Shown: positions 46,798-55,206 of the stretch, piece by piece
Layout of the letters: every line of letters begins with the position of its first letter
How positions within the stretch are numbered: position 1 is the stretch's first letter
Assembly (NCBI GenBank): GCA_963720755.1
Contig: CAVRGP010000015.1
Coordinates: 224,001 to 288,000 of the forward strand
Origin: an uncultured Chloroflexia bacterium
GTDB lineage: Bacteria > Chloroflexota > Limnocylindria > Limnocylindrales > CSP1-4
Length of the DNA stretch: 64,000 bases
Reading direction: 5' to 3'
Position numbers and translations under genes: made by a program
The notes under the pieces: generated by a model
The model's database searches: none
Told to the model about the DNA's origin: nothing
Seen by the model: only the letters and a program-made list of their open reading frames with translations

Positions 46798-47793
46798 CTA
46801 CCTGGCGAGCGTTCGCCGGTACGCCGCTGCCCGACTGTGGACCTCGAACCCAAGGCCCTCGTACAACCCCAGCGCGCCGTTGGGGTTCTCCGAGTCCACG
46901 CCGAGCATCGCTTCATCCAGACCAGCGTCCCGGAACCGCCTGAGGGATTCGGCGGTGATCGCGCGAGCGAGACCACGACGGCGCCACGGCCGACGCACGC
47001 TGATGTGTTCCAGCCAGCCGCGCTTGATACCCAGCCGTTGGTTCTCCTCCGCCCAGACCCAGTTCTGGACGACGCCGGCAACCTCGTCGCCGTCCCAGGC
47101 CACGACCCACAGGTTCGTGTCGAGACCATCCCGTCCGAACGTCTTGGCGAAGTCGCTGTCGCCCATCTCGCGGTGGCCCCAATGGTCCCGGAACGCCTCG
47201 TTCTCCGCATCGACGACCTGGCGACGCTGGTCCTCGCGGATCGTCCGGACCTCCAGCCCATCGGGGAGGGGAGCGTCGGGGATGTCATCGAGCGAACGTC
47301 GGCGCATCAGGAAGAAGTGCCGGACCGGCTCGAAGCCGGCGTCCGCCAGGAGCCTGCAATGGCCGATCTCGGCATCCTCGGCAAAGGATCCAAGACCGAC
47401 CTCGGTGTCAGCATCTTCGACCGCGGCCCTCGCTCCGGCTCGCGCGATCGCCCAGGCCTGGAGCCAGCGACCGAGTCCGCGTCGACGAAAGCCCGGATCC
47501 ACGGAGCCCCAGATGTCGTAGATCGGGACGTCATCCCGGATGACGCGCTCCAGTCCCGTCGCCGCGATCACCCGACCGTCGACTTCGACCAGGATGACGT
47601 CGTCGGCCGGGTCCACCCCCTCCGAGCTCTCCATATCGATCTGCAGATCAGAGGCGGTCGGCAGGTACGGGATCTGGTCGAACGCGTTCGCGGTGGCGAT
47701 GAGATCGGCGAGTCGCGCGTAGTCCGAAGCGTCGCCGAACCGGCAACCGACCGCGCCCTCGACGGGCGACGCCTGGAGGTCCGTGATCGTCAT
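46798..47793 (-). CDS. Tandem-domain GNAT acetyltransferase (MshD-like)
   Basis: Two acetyl-CoA motifs (VDPGFRRRGLG; VRRPWRRRGLA), EAFRDHWG, LGVDSENPNGALGLYEGLGF. Confidence 0.88.
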   Translation of the reverse strand: MTITDLQASPVEGAVGCRFGDASDYARLADLIATANAFDQIPYLPTASDLQIDMESSEGVDPADDVILVEVDGRVIAATGLERVIRDDVPIYDIWGSVDPGFRRRGLGRWLQAWAIARAGARAAVEDADTEVGLGSFAEDAEIGHCRLLADAGFEPVRHFFLMRRRSLDDIPDAPLPDGLEVRTIREDQRRQVVDAENEAFRDHWGHREMGDSDFAKTFGRDGLDTNLWVVAWDGDEVAGVVQNWVWAEENQRLGIKRGWLEHISVRRPWRRRGLARAITAESLRRFRDAGLDEAMLGVDSENPNGALGLYEGLGFEVHSRAAAYRRTLAR

Positions 47794-48824
47794 GCCTCGA
47801 ATGTACGCCGGTAGGCGCCCTCGCGTCGGTAGACCTCGAAGCCGACGCCCTCGTAGAGCTGCACCGCTCCATTCGGGTTCGTCGCATCGACACCGAGCAT
47901 CGCCTCGGTCAAGCCCTTCGCCCGCAACCGTTCCAACGAGGTGACGGTGAGCGCGCGCGCCAGACCACGACGACGCCACTCGCGCCGGACGCAGACCGTC
48001 TCGAGCCATCCGCGTTCGACACCGAGGTCGGCGTTCTCGTCGGCCCAGATCCAGTTCTCGACGACGCCGGCGACCTGATCGCCGTCCCACGCGACTGCCC
48101 ACAACGAGGTGTCGATCTCCTTGTGGGCGAAGCTCACCTCGAAATCGTGGTCCGTTCCCTCGCGATGACCCCAATGGTCGCGGAAGGCCTCCACCTCGGC
48201 GTCGTAGATCGCCCGATGCTGGTCTGGCGTCACCGCCCGTACCTCGAGACCATCGGGCATCGCCACGGGCGGGATCGACGCGCCGAGGTCGCGACGCATC
48301 AGGTAGAACTGCCGCACACGTTCGAATCGTTCGTGGGTGAGCAGGGCGATCGCGCCATGCTCACCGTCATCGGCGCCCGACTGGACGATGATCGGGCGAC
48401 CCGGCTGGATGTCGGCTGCCCGGTCGCGGACTCGCTGGAGGTTCCACGCCAGCAGGGCACGACCGATCCCACGCCGGCGGACAGCCGGATGGACATGGCC
48501 GTAGACCTGGAACATCTGCTCGCCGTCGCGAACGACCGATTCCGATCCGGCCGAGGCGACGACCGTTCCGCCGAGTTCGACCATGACGAAGTCGCGGACG
48601 GGGTCGAACCCCGGGTCGCCTTCCTTTCGGAGACGCAACTGCTGTGCGGTCGGCAACCACGGGATCCCGTCGGCCCGGCTCGCCGTTCGGAGCAGGGACG
48701 CGAGCGGTTCGTAGTCGTCCACGCCCATCCAGGCCCGAGCCTGGAGGCCGGGGATCGGCGGCAGGCCATCCACGATGGGCGGACTGGTCGGCACATTCGT
48801 GGTCGTGGTCGTGGTCGTGGTCAT
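47790..48824 (-). CDS. Tandem-domain GNAT acetyltransferase, paralog of the adjacent gene
   Basis: VHPAVRRRGIG; VRREWRRRGLA; EAFRDHWG; LGVDATNPNGAVQLYEGVGF. Poly-Thr N-terminus. Confidence 0.88.
   Translation of the reverse strand: MTTTTTTTTNVPTSPPIVDGLPPIPGLQARAWMGVDDYEPLASLLRTASRADGIPWLPTAQQLRLRKEGDPGFDPVRDFVMVELGGTVVASAGSESVVRDGEQMFQVYGHVHPAVRRRGIGRALLAWNLQRVRDRAADIQPGRPIIVQSGADDGEHGAIALLTHERFERVRQFYLMRRDLGASIPPVAMPDGLEVRAVTPDQHRAIYDAEVEAFRDHWGHREGTDHDFEVSFAHKEIDTSLWAVAWDGDQVAGVVENWIWADENADLGVERGWLETVCVRREWRRRGLARALTVTSLERLRAKGLTEAMLGVDATNPNGAVQLYEGVGFEVYRREGAYRRTFEA
48799..48822 (-). repeat. Hexamer repeat (GACCAC)x4 encoding an N-terminal Thr run
   Basis: gtggtc repeated on the + strand; protein begins MTTTTTTTTN. 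Confidence 0.75.
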
Positions 48825-49915
48825 CGGTCCCTCCCGTATTTTCGTTCCATGTGTTCGCCGACGGACTTGCTGATGAGCTTCCATGTGCGGCGGTGCTCCG
48901 CCCGCGCCCGTGGGTCACCCTCGCGGGCGAGTCGTGCCGATTCACGTTCGAGCTTGCGGTGGCTGGCGAGGCGATCCTCGGTCAACCGCCCATCGGCCAG
49001 CGCGGCCTGGATCGCGCAGCCCGGCTCGCCGTCGTGCCCGCAGTCGCTGAAGCGGCAGGTGGCGGCGATGTCGACGATGTCGTCGAACGCCTCGTCGACG
49101 CCCTCGTCCGCTCCGAGCACTTCGAGGGCCCGGATCCCGGGGGTATCGACGAGCAGGGCGCCATCCGGCAGTTCGAACAGTTCGCGATGGGTCGTCGTAT
49201 GCCGGCCCCGCGAGTCGGATGCCCGGACCTCGCTGGTCGCCTGGCGATCCTCGCCGAGGAGTGCGTTCACGAGGGTGGACTTGCCGACCCCCGACGATCC
49301 GAGGATGGCTGCCGTCGTGCCCGGCCGGAGGTGGGTGCGGAGCGCATCGAGGCCCTGGCCGGTCCACGCGGACACGGCGACCACGGCGACACCGGCAGCG
49401 ATCGCGTCGACGGCCACCAGGCGACCGTCGACGTCGTCGGCCAGGTCCGCCTTGTTGAGGACGACGACGGGGGTGATCGCACTCGACCAGGCGACGGCGA
49501 GATAGCGCTCGATCCGGCGCAGGTTGAAGTCGTTGTCGAGCCCGGCGACGAGGAGGGCGACATCGACGTTGGCCGCCATGACCTGCTCGTCATCAAGGCG
49601 GCTCCCGCGCCTCGAACCGTCCGCGGCCATCCGCTTGAAGACGGTTCGTCGAGGCAGGATGGTGGCGACGACGTCATCCTGGTCGACGCTCACCCAGTCA
49701 CCGACCGTCGGGAAGTCCGAGTGCGCGAGGGCATCGAACCTGAACGACCCTGAGACCGTCGCCGGTCGATCCCCGCGGTCGTCCCGGACGATGGACGTCT
49801 CGCGATGGACGGCCACGACGCGCGCCGGACGGTGGCCGGCGCGCGCGACGGCCGCGAAGGCGTCGGCCCAGCCGGTGTCCCATCCGAGCGCGTCGAGCCG
49901 GTCGGTGGCCACCAC
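48821..49915 (-). CDS. rsgA: Ribosome small subunit-dependent GTPase A
   Basis: PTVGDWV, AANVD, NKAD, GSSGVGKST, GRHTTT, DTPGIR, Zn finger CRFSDCGHDGEPGC. Confidence 0.95.
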   Translation of the reverse strand: MVATDRLDALGWDTGWADAFAAVARAGHRPARVVAVHRETSIVRDDRGDRPATVSGSFRFDALAHSDFPTVGDWVSVDQDDVVATILPRRTVFKRMAADGSRRGSRLDDEQVMAANVDVALLVAGLDNDFNLRRIERYLAVAWSSAITPVVVLNKADLADDVDGRLVAVDAIAAGVAVVAVSAWTGQGLDALRTHLRPGTTAAILGSSGVGKSTLVNALLGEDRQATSEVRASDSRGRHTTTHRELFELPDGALLVDTPGIRALEVLGADEGVDEAFDDIVDIAATCRFSDCGHDGEPGCAIQAALADGRLTEDRLASHRKLERESARLAREGDPRARAEHRRTWKLISKSVGEHMERKYGRDR

Positions 49916-49916
49916 C

Positions 49917-50720
49917 TCAGCCCACCCGCTTGAGCTTGCCGGTCCGCTTGGCGTAGTGCTCGGCACGGCCGAACGCCCACAGCCCGAACGGGATGAACAC
50001 GACGCCCATGACGATGAGTGGCCAGACGAGCGAGGTCAGGTCACTCACGGGCGTTCCGTCGATGAGTCCGGCTCGGACGCCCTCCAGGACGTAGGTCGCC
50101 GGCGACAGTCGCGACAGGACCTGCATCCACGGCGGCAGGATGTCGACGGAGTAGTACACGCCGCTGACGAGCAGCAGGACCGACTGCAGGACGAACGTCA
50201 TCTGCGCGCCACGCTCGACGTACAGCAGGGGCAGGATCGCGGCGATCATGCCGATGCCGACGAAGCTGAACGAGCCCAGGATCATGAACGCGACGACCGT
50301 CCCCGGGTTCGCCTGGCTCAGGTCGAGCTGCGGGAAGAACAGGATCAGGGCGACGAAGATGACCGACGTGTGGACGAGGCCGTAGACCATCGCGTAGGCG
50401 ACCGACCCGAGCAGCTGCGACCAGCGCTGGATCGGCGCCATCATCGTGTATTCGAGGGTGCCCTCCCAGCGTTCGACCGTGATCGTCTCGGCGATCCAGC
50501 TGAACACCACCGACAGGTAGTTCCAGAAGATCGCCCCGATCATCAGCGACAGCAGCAGCGTCTCGTTGCCCTGCGACGCACCGATGAGCGAGATCGAGAG
50601 CGCGCCCGCGACCGAGTAGACCAGGAACGCGAGTTCCCAGCCCCAGTAGCGGCGAGTCAGATTGAAGTTGCGCTCGATGAAGGCGTACGAGGCCTTCAAC
50701 TCATGGGTCACGACGGTCAT
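49917..50720 (-). CDS. ABC-2 type exporter permease
   Basis: ERWEGTLEYTMMAP, LLVSGVYY..LPPWMQ..S..SPATY. Six TMs. Confidence 0.9.
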   Translation of the reverse strand: MTVVTHELKASYAFIERNFNLTRRYWGWELAFLVYSVAGALSISLIGASQGNETLLLSLMIGAIFWNYLSVVFSWIAETITVERWEGTLEYTMMAPIQRWSQLLGSVAYAMVYGLVHTSVIFVALILFFPQLDLSQANPGTVVAFMILGSFSFVGIGMIAAILPLLYVERGAQMTFVLQSVLLLVSGVYYSVDILPPWMQVLSRLSPATYVLEGVRAGLIDGTPVSDLTSLVWPLIVMGVVFIPFGLWAFGRAEHYAKRTGKLKRVG

Positions 50721-50756
50721 CGGGATGATCTCCAGGGTGGTGGAGCCGGTCCGGCC

Positions 50757-50948
50757 CTAGCGGGACCGGACCGGCTCGAGTGCGGGCTCCGCGGCGAGCC
50801 GGGCACCGAATGCGATGATCCGGTGGCCGACCGCCTTGCGGATGGATGGGGATGGCTGACGGACGCGGCGCAGGAGAGCGGCATGGGCGATCTCGCGCTC
50901 GATCCGCTCCCTGGCCAGCTGGCCGTGCAGTTCCGGGGAAAAGTTCAT
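50757..50948 (-). CDS. Small basic hypothetical protein (63 aa)
   Basis: Perfect AAAGGAGGTGAT Shine-Dalgarno. Fills the gap between the ATPase and permease genes. Confidence 0.7.
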   Translation of the reverse strand: MNFSPELHGQLARERIEREIAHAALLRRVRQPSPSIRKAVGHRIIAFGARLAAEPALEPVRSR

Positions 50949-50963
50949 GGGTATCACCTCCTT

Positions 50964-51863
50964 TCAGTCGGTCTCGGCGTCGTCGTCCTCGATGTCGTCA
51001 TCGAGTGATCGGCCGGTATAGGTCATGAACACGTCTTCCAGCGTCGCGGGACCCGTCACGCGATCGCGGATGAGGGATTTGAGGCCGGACGGTGTGTCCT
51101 CGGCCACGACTCGAGCGTCGTCGATGATCGTGATCCGGCCACACAGCCGTTCGGCTTCGGCAAGGTCGTGGGTCGTCAGGACGATGGTCGCGTCGTGGGT
51201 CTGACTGAGCTCCTCGATGAACGACTGGACGTCCAGCTTGGAGCGCGGATCGAGACCCGTGGTCGGCTCGTCCAGGAGCAGCAGCGTCGGGCTGGTCAGC
51301 AAAGCTCGCGCGATGGCGACCTTCTGCTGCATCCCCCGGCTCATCTGCTCGATCGGTCGGTCGATCCGCTTCTCCGAGATGCCCAGTCGAGCCAGGATCC
51401 CGATCGCCTCGCGTTTCGCCCTCGGACCATCCAGGCCATACAGGCGGGCTGCGAAGAGAAGGTTCTCCATCGGGCTGAGCTTCTTGAAGAAGGCAGCGTC
51501 CACGCTGACCCGATTGATCAGGCGCTTGACCGCCATCTCATCGCGCACGATGTCGTGGCCGAAGACCTCGATCCGACCCTCGTCGAGGGTCAGCAGGCCG
51601 CAGATCAACCGGATAAGCGTCGACTTGCCGGAGCCATTGGCGCCCAGGACCCCATGGATGTCGCCGCGCTCGAGGCGCATCGACACGTGCGAGATCGCGG
51701 TCACCGGTGGCTTCTTCCGACCCACGACGAACCGCTTGCTGACATCCTCGACGAGGAGTGCCGGCACGGCCGACGGCGCGGGTGCCGGCGGCTCGACCAC
51801 GACCGACATCGACGGCCGGTCGGCCGGGTCGTTCTTCAGTTCGGGGCTCAACAGAGCGGTCAC
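50964..51863 (-). CDS. ABC-2 (DrrA-like) exporter ATP-binding protein
   Basis: GANGSGKST, MSRGMQQKVAIARAL, LLDEPTTGLD, TTH. GTG start after GGAG. Confidence 0.92.
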   Translation of the reverse strand: MTALLSPELKNDPADRPSMSVVVEPPAPAPSAVPALLVEDVSKRFVVGRKKPPVTAISHVSMRLERGDIHGVLGANGSGKSTLIRLICGLLTLDEGRIEVFGHDIVRDEMAVKRLINRVSVDAAFFKKLSPMENLLFAARLYGLDGPRAKREAIGILARLGISEKRIDRPIEQMSRGMQQKVAIARALLTSPTLLLLDEPTTGLDPRSKLDVQSFIEELSQTHDATIVLTTHDLAEAERLCGRITIIDDARVVAEDTPSGLKSLIRDRVTGPATLEDVFMTYTGRSLDDDIEDDDAETD

Positions 51864-51990
51864 GATGGTCTCCAGGGTTGACGGTGCAGATGGGCTGACA
51901 TGACAAGAGCCGCGGGTCCTCTCCGACCTGTTCGTCGGCGGGCCTCGCGGCTCTGGTGGCTCGGCTGCCGGCGGGGCAGTGCGAGACATC

Positions 51991-52024
51991 AAAAAAGCCG
52001 GGGGCCCGATCTGGCCCACGGCTC
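51991..52024 (-). terminator. Intrinsic terminator in the 5' leader (attenuator): AGCCG-T-GGGCC-loop-GGCCC-C-CGGCT-TTTTT
   Basis: GC stem followed by a U6 run on the minus strand, lying between the promoter and the first structural gene. Confidence 0.8.
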
Positions 52025-52059
52025 GTGGTTCGTCCGGTTGGCGGTCCTGCCGCCTGCGG

Positions 52060-52143
52060 CTAACTCGAGTGGGGCACAGATCTCCCGCGTGCGCGACCCG
52101 TGATGGGCGCAACGCATCGGGTAAGAAGGAACGGTGTCGTCAT
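52060..52143 (-). CDS. Putative leader peptide MTTPFLLTRCVAPITGRARGRSVPHSS (27 aa)
   Basis: Strong AAGGAGG RBS 9 nt upstream. Lies between a sigma70 promoter and an intrinsic terminator. Confidence 0.7.
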   Translation of the reverse strand: MTTPFLLTRCVAPITGRARGRSVPHSS

Positions 52144-52198
52144 TCGAGCCGCCTCCTTCATCGCCTGATCCATGCCCGCGACGTGCGAGCCGGTCGGC

Positions 52199-52228
52199 AG
52201 TCTAGCCGGGCTCGGGAGTCGCTGTCAA
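52199..52228 (-). promoter_or_regulatory. sigma70 promoter TTGACA-N18-TAGACT
   Basis: Consensus -35 and a good -10, upstream of the leader peptide. Confidence 0.7.
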
Positions 52229-52798
52229 TCCCAGCCGGACGATCGGTCGGATCGGGCTGGTCGCGTTCCACTGGCGCCGTTCGACGACGGTGAATCCGGC
52301 CCGCTCGAACATCGCCAGCGTGCCGTGATAGGCGTTCGCGCCGGGGACACGGCCGCCGGCAGTGTCGATCGGATACGCCTCGAGGGTCATGGCGCCGTGC
52401 GACGTCGCGAATTCGATCGCCGCGGCCAGGAGCGCGGTGGCGACGCCCTGCCCTCGCGACCGGCGCGATACGACGAAGCACACGATCGACCAGACGGGCA
52501 CGTCGTCGAGCGGGGCGAGCAGTTTCGAATGGGCCAAGCGCTCGTAATCCTCGCGAGGCGCGAGGCTGACCCAGCCGACCGCGCGTCCATCGTCGTAGGC
52601 GACGAGCCCGGGCGCGGGTTGACGGTTGGTGAGGTCCTCGAGTGCCGCGCGGTTCCCGGCGGGGGTCGAATTCGTCCAGTCCCGGCCCCGGAACCGGAAG
52701 TAGGTGCACCAGCACCACTTGGGATCGCCGCCTTGCTCGAACACGCCGGCAAGGTCCGCGAATCGATCAGGCGTGAGCGGTCGGACGTCGAGTGCCAT
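52202..52798 (-). CDS. GNAT family acetyltransferase
   Basis: CWC motif, PGLVAYDDGRAVGWVSLAPR, WSIVCFVV..RSRGQGVA, LEAYP, FERAGF. Confidence 0.88.
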   Translation of the reverse strand: MALDVRPLTPDRFADLAGVFEQGGDPKWCWCTYFRFRGRDWTNSTPAGNRAALEDLTNRQPAPGLVAYDDGRAVGWVSLAPREDYERLAHSKLLAPLDDVPVWSIVCFVVSRRSRGQGVATALLAAAIEFATSHGAMTLEAYPIDTAGGRVPGANAYHGTLAMFERAGFTVVERRQWNATSPIRPIVRLGLTATPEPG

Positions 52799-52869
52799 GA
52801 CCTGTCCAGTCTCGCCCAACTCCCGGGGCGACGTTTGACCCTGGATCGCGCCACCCCTACGCTCCGAAC

Positions 52870-53724
52870 GTGGCTTCTGAGGCGCGCTCGATCGTCGGGC
52901 TCATCGGCGAGGGGACGCTCGACGGAGAACTGGCGTCGCAGCTCTGGTTGTTGATCGAGGGCCGGGTCCCGATCATCGTCGCCTCCGACGACGATCCGAC
53001 TGAAGCATCGATGGTCCTGACCGCGCTCCTGGACTTCCTGCCTCCGACGGTGTCGGTCGTCGAGCTTGCCGGGTCGACCGAGTCGTTCTCGTGGCTGCCG
53101 CAGGCGTCGGAACTCGGGTGGCCCGGCACCGTGGATCTCAAGGCGGACGCCGACCCGGTCAGGCCGGATCGGACCGTGCTCCTGGCAGCGGGCCTGGCGG
53201 ATCGCGGGAAGCGCAGCACCCCGGGCCCGGTCGCCAGGATCGCCGTTCGGGCAGCATCGATCGGCTACGGTCTGGCCGCCACGATGCGAGCCGGTTCGCT
53301 CGAGGCCGTGTTCACCGCGCTCCGGCAGGCACCGGTGGGTCTGTCTGATGACGAGTGTTCGCACCTGGGTGTGGTCCTCATCGTGCAGCGCGTGGACGAT
53401 GGATCCCGCCGCGTCACGGCCGCGCATTTCGTCCGCCCGATGGCCCGGGACGTGCACGGTCACGTGCAGCGGCTGGGGCCGGCCGTCATCGCGACCTGGG
53501 ACCCGGGGTCTGCCGCGTTCGCGCACTTCGGGTGGGGGGTGACGCCCGAATTCGCCCGTCGGGTCGGTCGTCACGCAGGTGACTTCGAGGTCGAGGTGGA
53601 GCGTCGCCGCGACTACCTCGAGCGACTGGTGGCGGGTGATGTCGGCGACTCCGACGGAGTGCGCCGAGCCATCCGCGGCTATCGGCCGGCGGCGGCGTTT
53701 GACGCTCCGCGGATGGACGCTTAG
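52870..53724 (+). CDS. Hypothetical protein resembling a degenerate VirB11/CpaF-type secretion ATPase
   Basis: LIGEGTLDGELASQLWLLIE..., LTALLDFLPP, GYGLAATMRAGS. The Walker A GKT is absent. Confidence 0.5.
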   Translation: MASEARSIVGLIGEGTLDGELASQLWLLIEGRVPIIVASDDDPTEASMVLTALLDFLPPTVSVVELAGSTESFSWLPQASELGWPGTVDLKADADPVRPDRTVLLAAGLADRGKRSTPGPVARIAVRAASIGYGLAATMRAGSLEAVFTALRQAPVGLSDDECSHLGVVLIVQRVDDGSRRVTAAHFVRPMARDVHGHVQRLGPAVIATWDPGSAAFAHFGWGVTPEFARRVGRHAGDFEVEVERRRDYLERLVAGDVGDSDGVRRAIRGYRPAAAFDAPRMDA

Positions 53725-53763
53725 GCTCGCCCTCCGAGCCCTGCCACCGCACGGGAGCACGCC

Positions 53764-55206
53764 GTGGATCCCATCGAACCGACCGATCCCCAGCCAGCGA
53801 CGCTCGGTGCCCTCAAGGCCTCAGGCTGGCGCTCTCGATCGGTCAAGGATGAACTCCGGAGCAATCTCCTCGGATTGCTCGGGTCGGGCGAACCGATCTT
53901 TTCCGGCGTCGTGGGCTATGAGGATACGGTCGTCCCGGCGATCGAGAACGCGATCCTGGCCGGCCACGACCTGGTCTTCCTCGGCGAGCGGGGCCAGGCC
54001 AAGACGCGGTTGGCCCGGACCCTCGTCGGCCTGCTCGATCCGTGGCTCCCGGTCGTGCACGGTGGCGAGCTCAACGATGACCCTCTCGCGCCGATCAGTC
54101 CGGCCGCCCGCTCGATCGTGGACCGCGACGGCGACGCGACCGAGATCGCGTGGCTGCCTCGCGACCGGCGCTACGCGGAGAAGCTGGCGACGCCGGACAT
54201 CACGATCGCCGACCTGATCGGCGAGGTCGACCCGATCAAGGTCGCCGAGGGCCGCTACCTGTCGGACGAATTGACCCTCCATTACGGGCTCATCCCCAGG
54301 GCCAACCGAGGGATCGTCGCGATCAACGAGTTGCCCGACCTCGCCGAGCGGATCCAGGTCGGGCTGTTGAATATCCTCGAGGAGCGCGACGTCCAGATCC
54401 GTGGCTTCGTCGTCCGTCTGCCACTCGACCTGTACATGGTGGCATCGGCGAACCCCGAGGACTACACCTCTCGCGGCCGGATCATCACCCCGCTCAAGGA
54501 TCGCCTCGGCTCGCAGATCCGGACCCACTATCCACGGTCGCTCGAGCATGAGATGGCGATCGTGCGCCAGGAGAAGCAGCGGTTCGAGGCGGCCGATGGC
54601 GTACCGGTCGTCGTGGTCCCGGCGTTCATGGAGGAGCTTGTCGCCGAGTTGACCCACCTTGCCCGGCGCTCACCCGAGATCAGTCAGCGGTCGGGCGTGA
54701 GCGTCAGGGTGTCGGTCGCCAACGCCGAAGTCCTGGAGGCGACGGCGCTCAAGCGGGCGGTCCGGCTCGGCGAATCGGTCGGGTCCCCCCGGGTCTCGGA
54801 TCTCGGAGCGGTCGTCGCTTCCACCGTCGGCAAGGTCGAGCTCGAAACGGCCGGGGACGATGCGCCGGAGGAGCGGGTCGTCGAGCGGCTCATCACCCGC
54901 GCCCTCCATGCCACGTTCAACCGTCACGTCCAGCTCGACGACCTCGACGGCGTCGTGGAGGCGTTCGAGGACGGGTTCACCGTCGAGACCGGCGAACGGA
55001 TCCCGTCGCGCGAGTATGTCGCGTGGATGCGCGAGGTCCCTGGTCTATCGATGGCAGTCGATCGCCTCGGGGCGCTCGACGTCACCGATGGCGCCGAGGA
55101 GCCCGCGGTCGTCGCCTCCGCGGTCGAGTTCCTCCTCGAGGGCCTCCATCTCGCGAGGCGCCTGAACAAGGACCGGGTCCCCGGCGGGACGGTCTACCAC
55201 CGGTGA
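53764..55206 (+). CDS. Magnesium-chelatase-subunit-like AAA+ ATPase
   Basis: LGERGQAKTR, EKLATPD, GLIPRANRGIVAINELPDLAERIQVGLLN, NPEDYTSRGRIITPLKDR. Confidence 0.88.
   Translation: MDPIEPTDPQPATLGALKASGWRSRSVKDELRSNLLGLLGSGEPIFSGVVGYEDTVVPAIENAILAGHDLVFLGERGQAKTRLARTLVGLLDPWLPVVHGGELNDDPLAPISPAARSIVDRDGDATEIAWLPRDRRYAEKLATPDITIADLIGEVDPIKVAEGRYLSDELTLHYGLIPRANRGIVAINELPDLAERIQVGLLNILEERDVQIRGFVVRLPLDLYMVASANPEDYTSRGRIITPLKDRLGSQIRTHYPRSLEHEMAIVRQEKQRFEAADGVPVVVVPAFMEELVAELTHLARRSPEISQRSGVSVRVSVANAEVLEATALKRAVRLGESVGSPRVSDLGAVVASTVGKVELETAGDDAPEERVVERLITRALHATFNRHVQLDDLDGVVEAFEDGFTVETGERIPSREYVAWMREVPGLSMAVDRLGALDVTDGAEEPAVVASAVEFLLEGLHLARRLNKDRVPGGTVYHR

Noticed and set aside
46674-47288. 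N-terminal extension of the SARP ORF (1177 aa in the track)
   Set aside because: It overlaps the GNAT gene in another frame. SARP homology starts at MRFEALG (46673).
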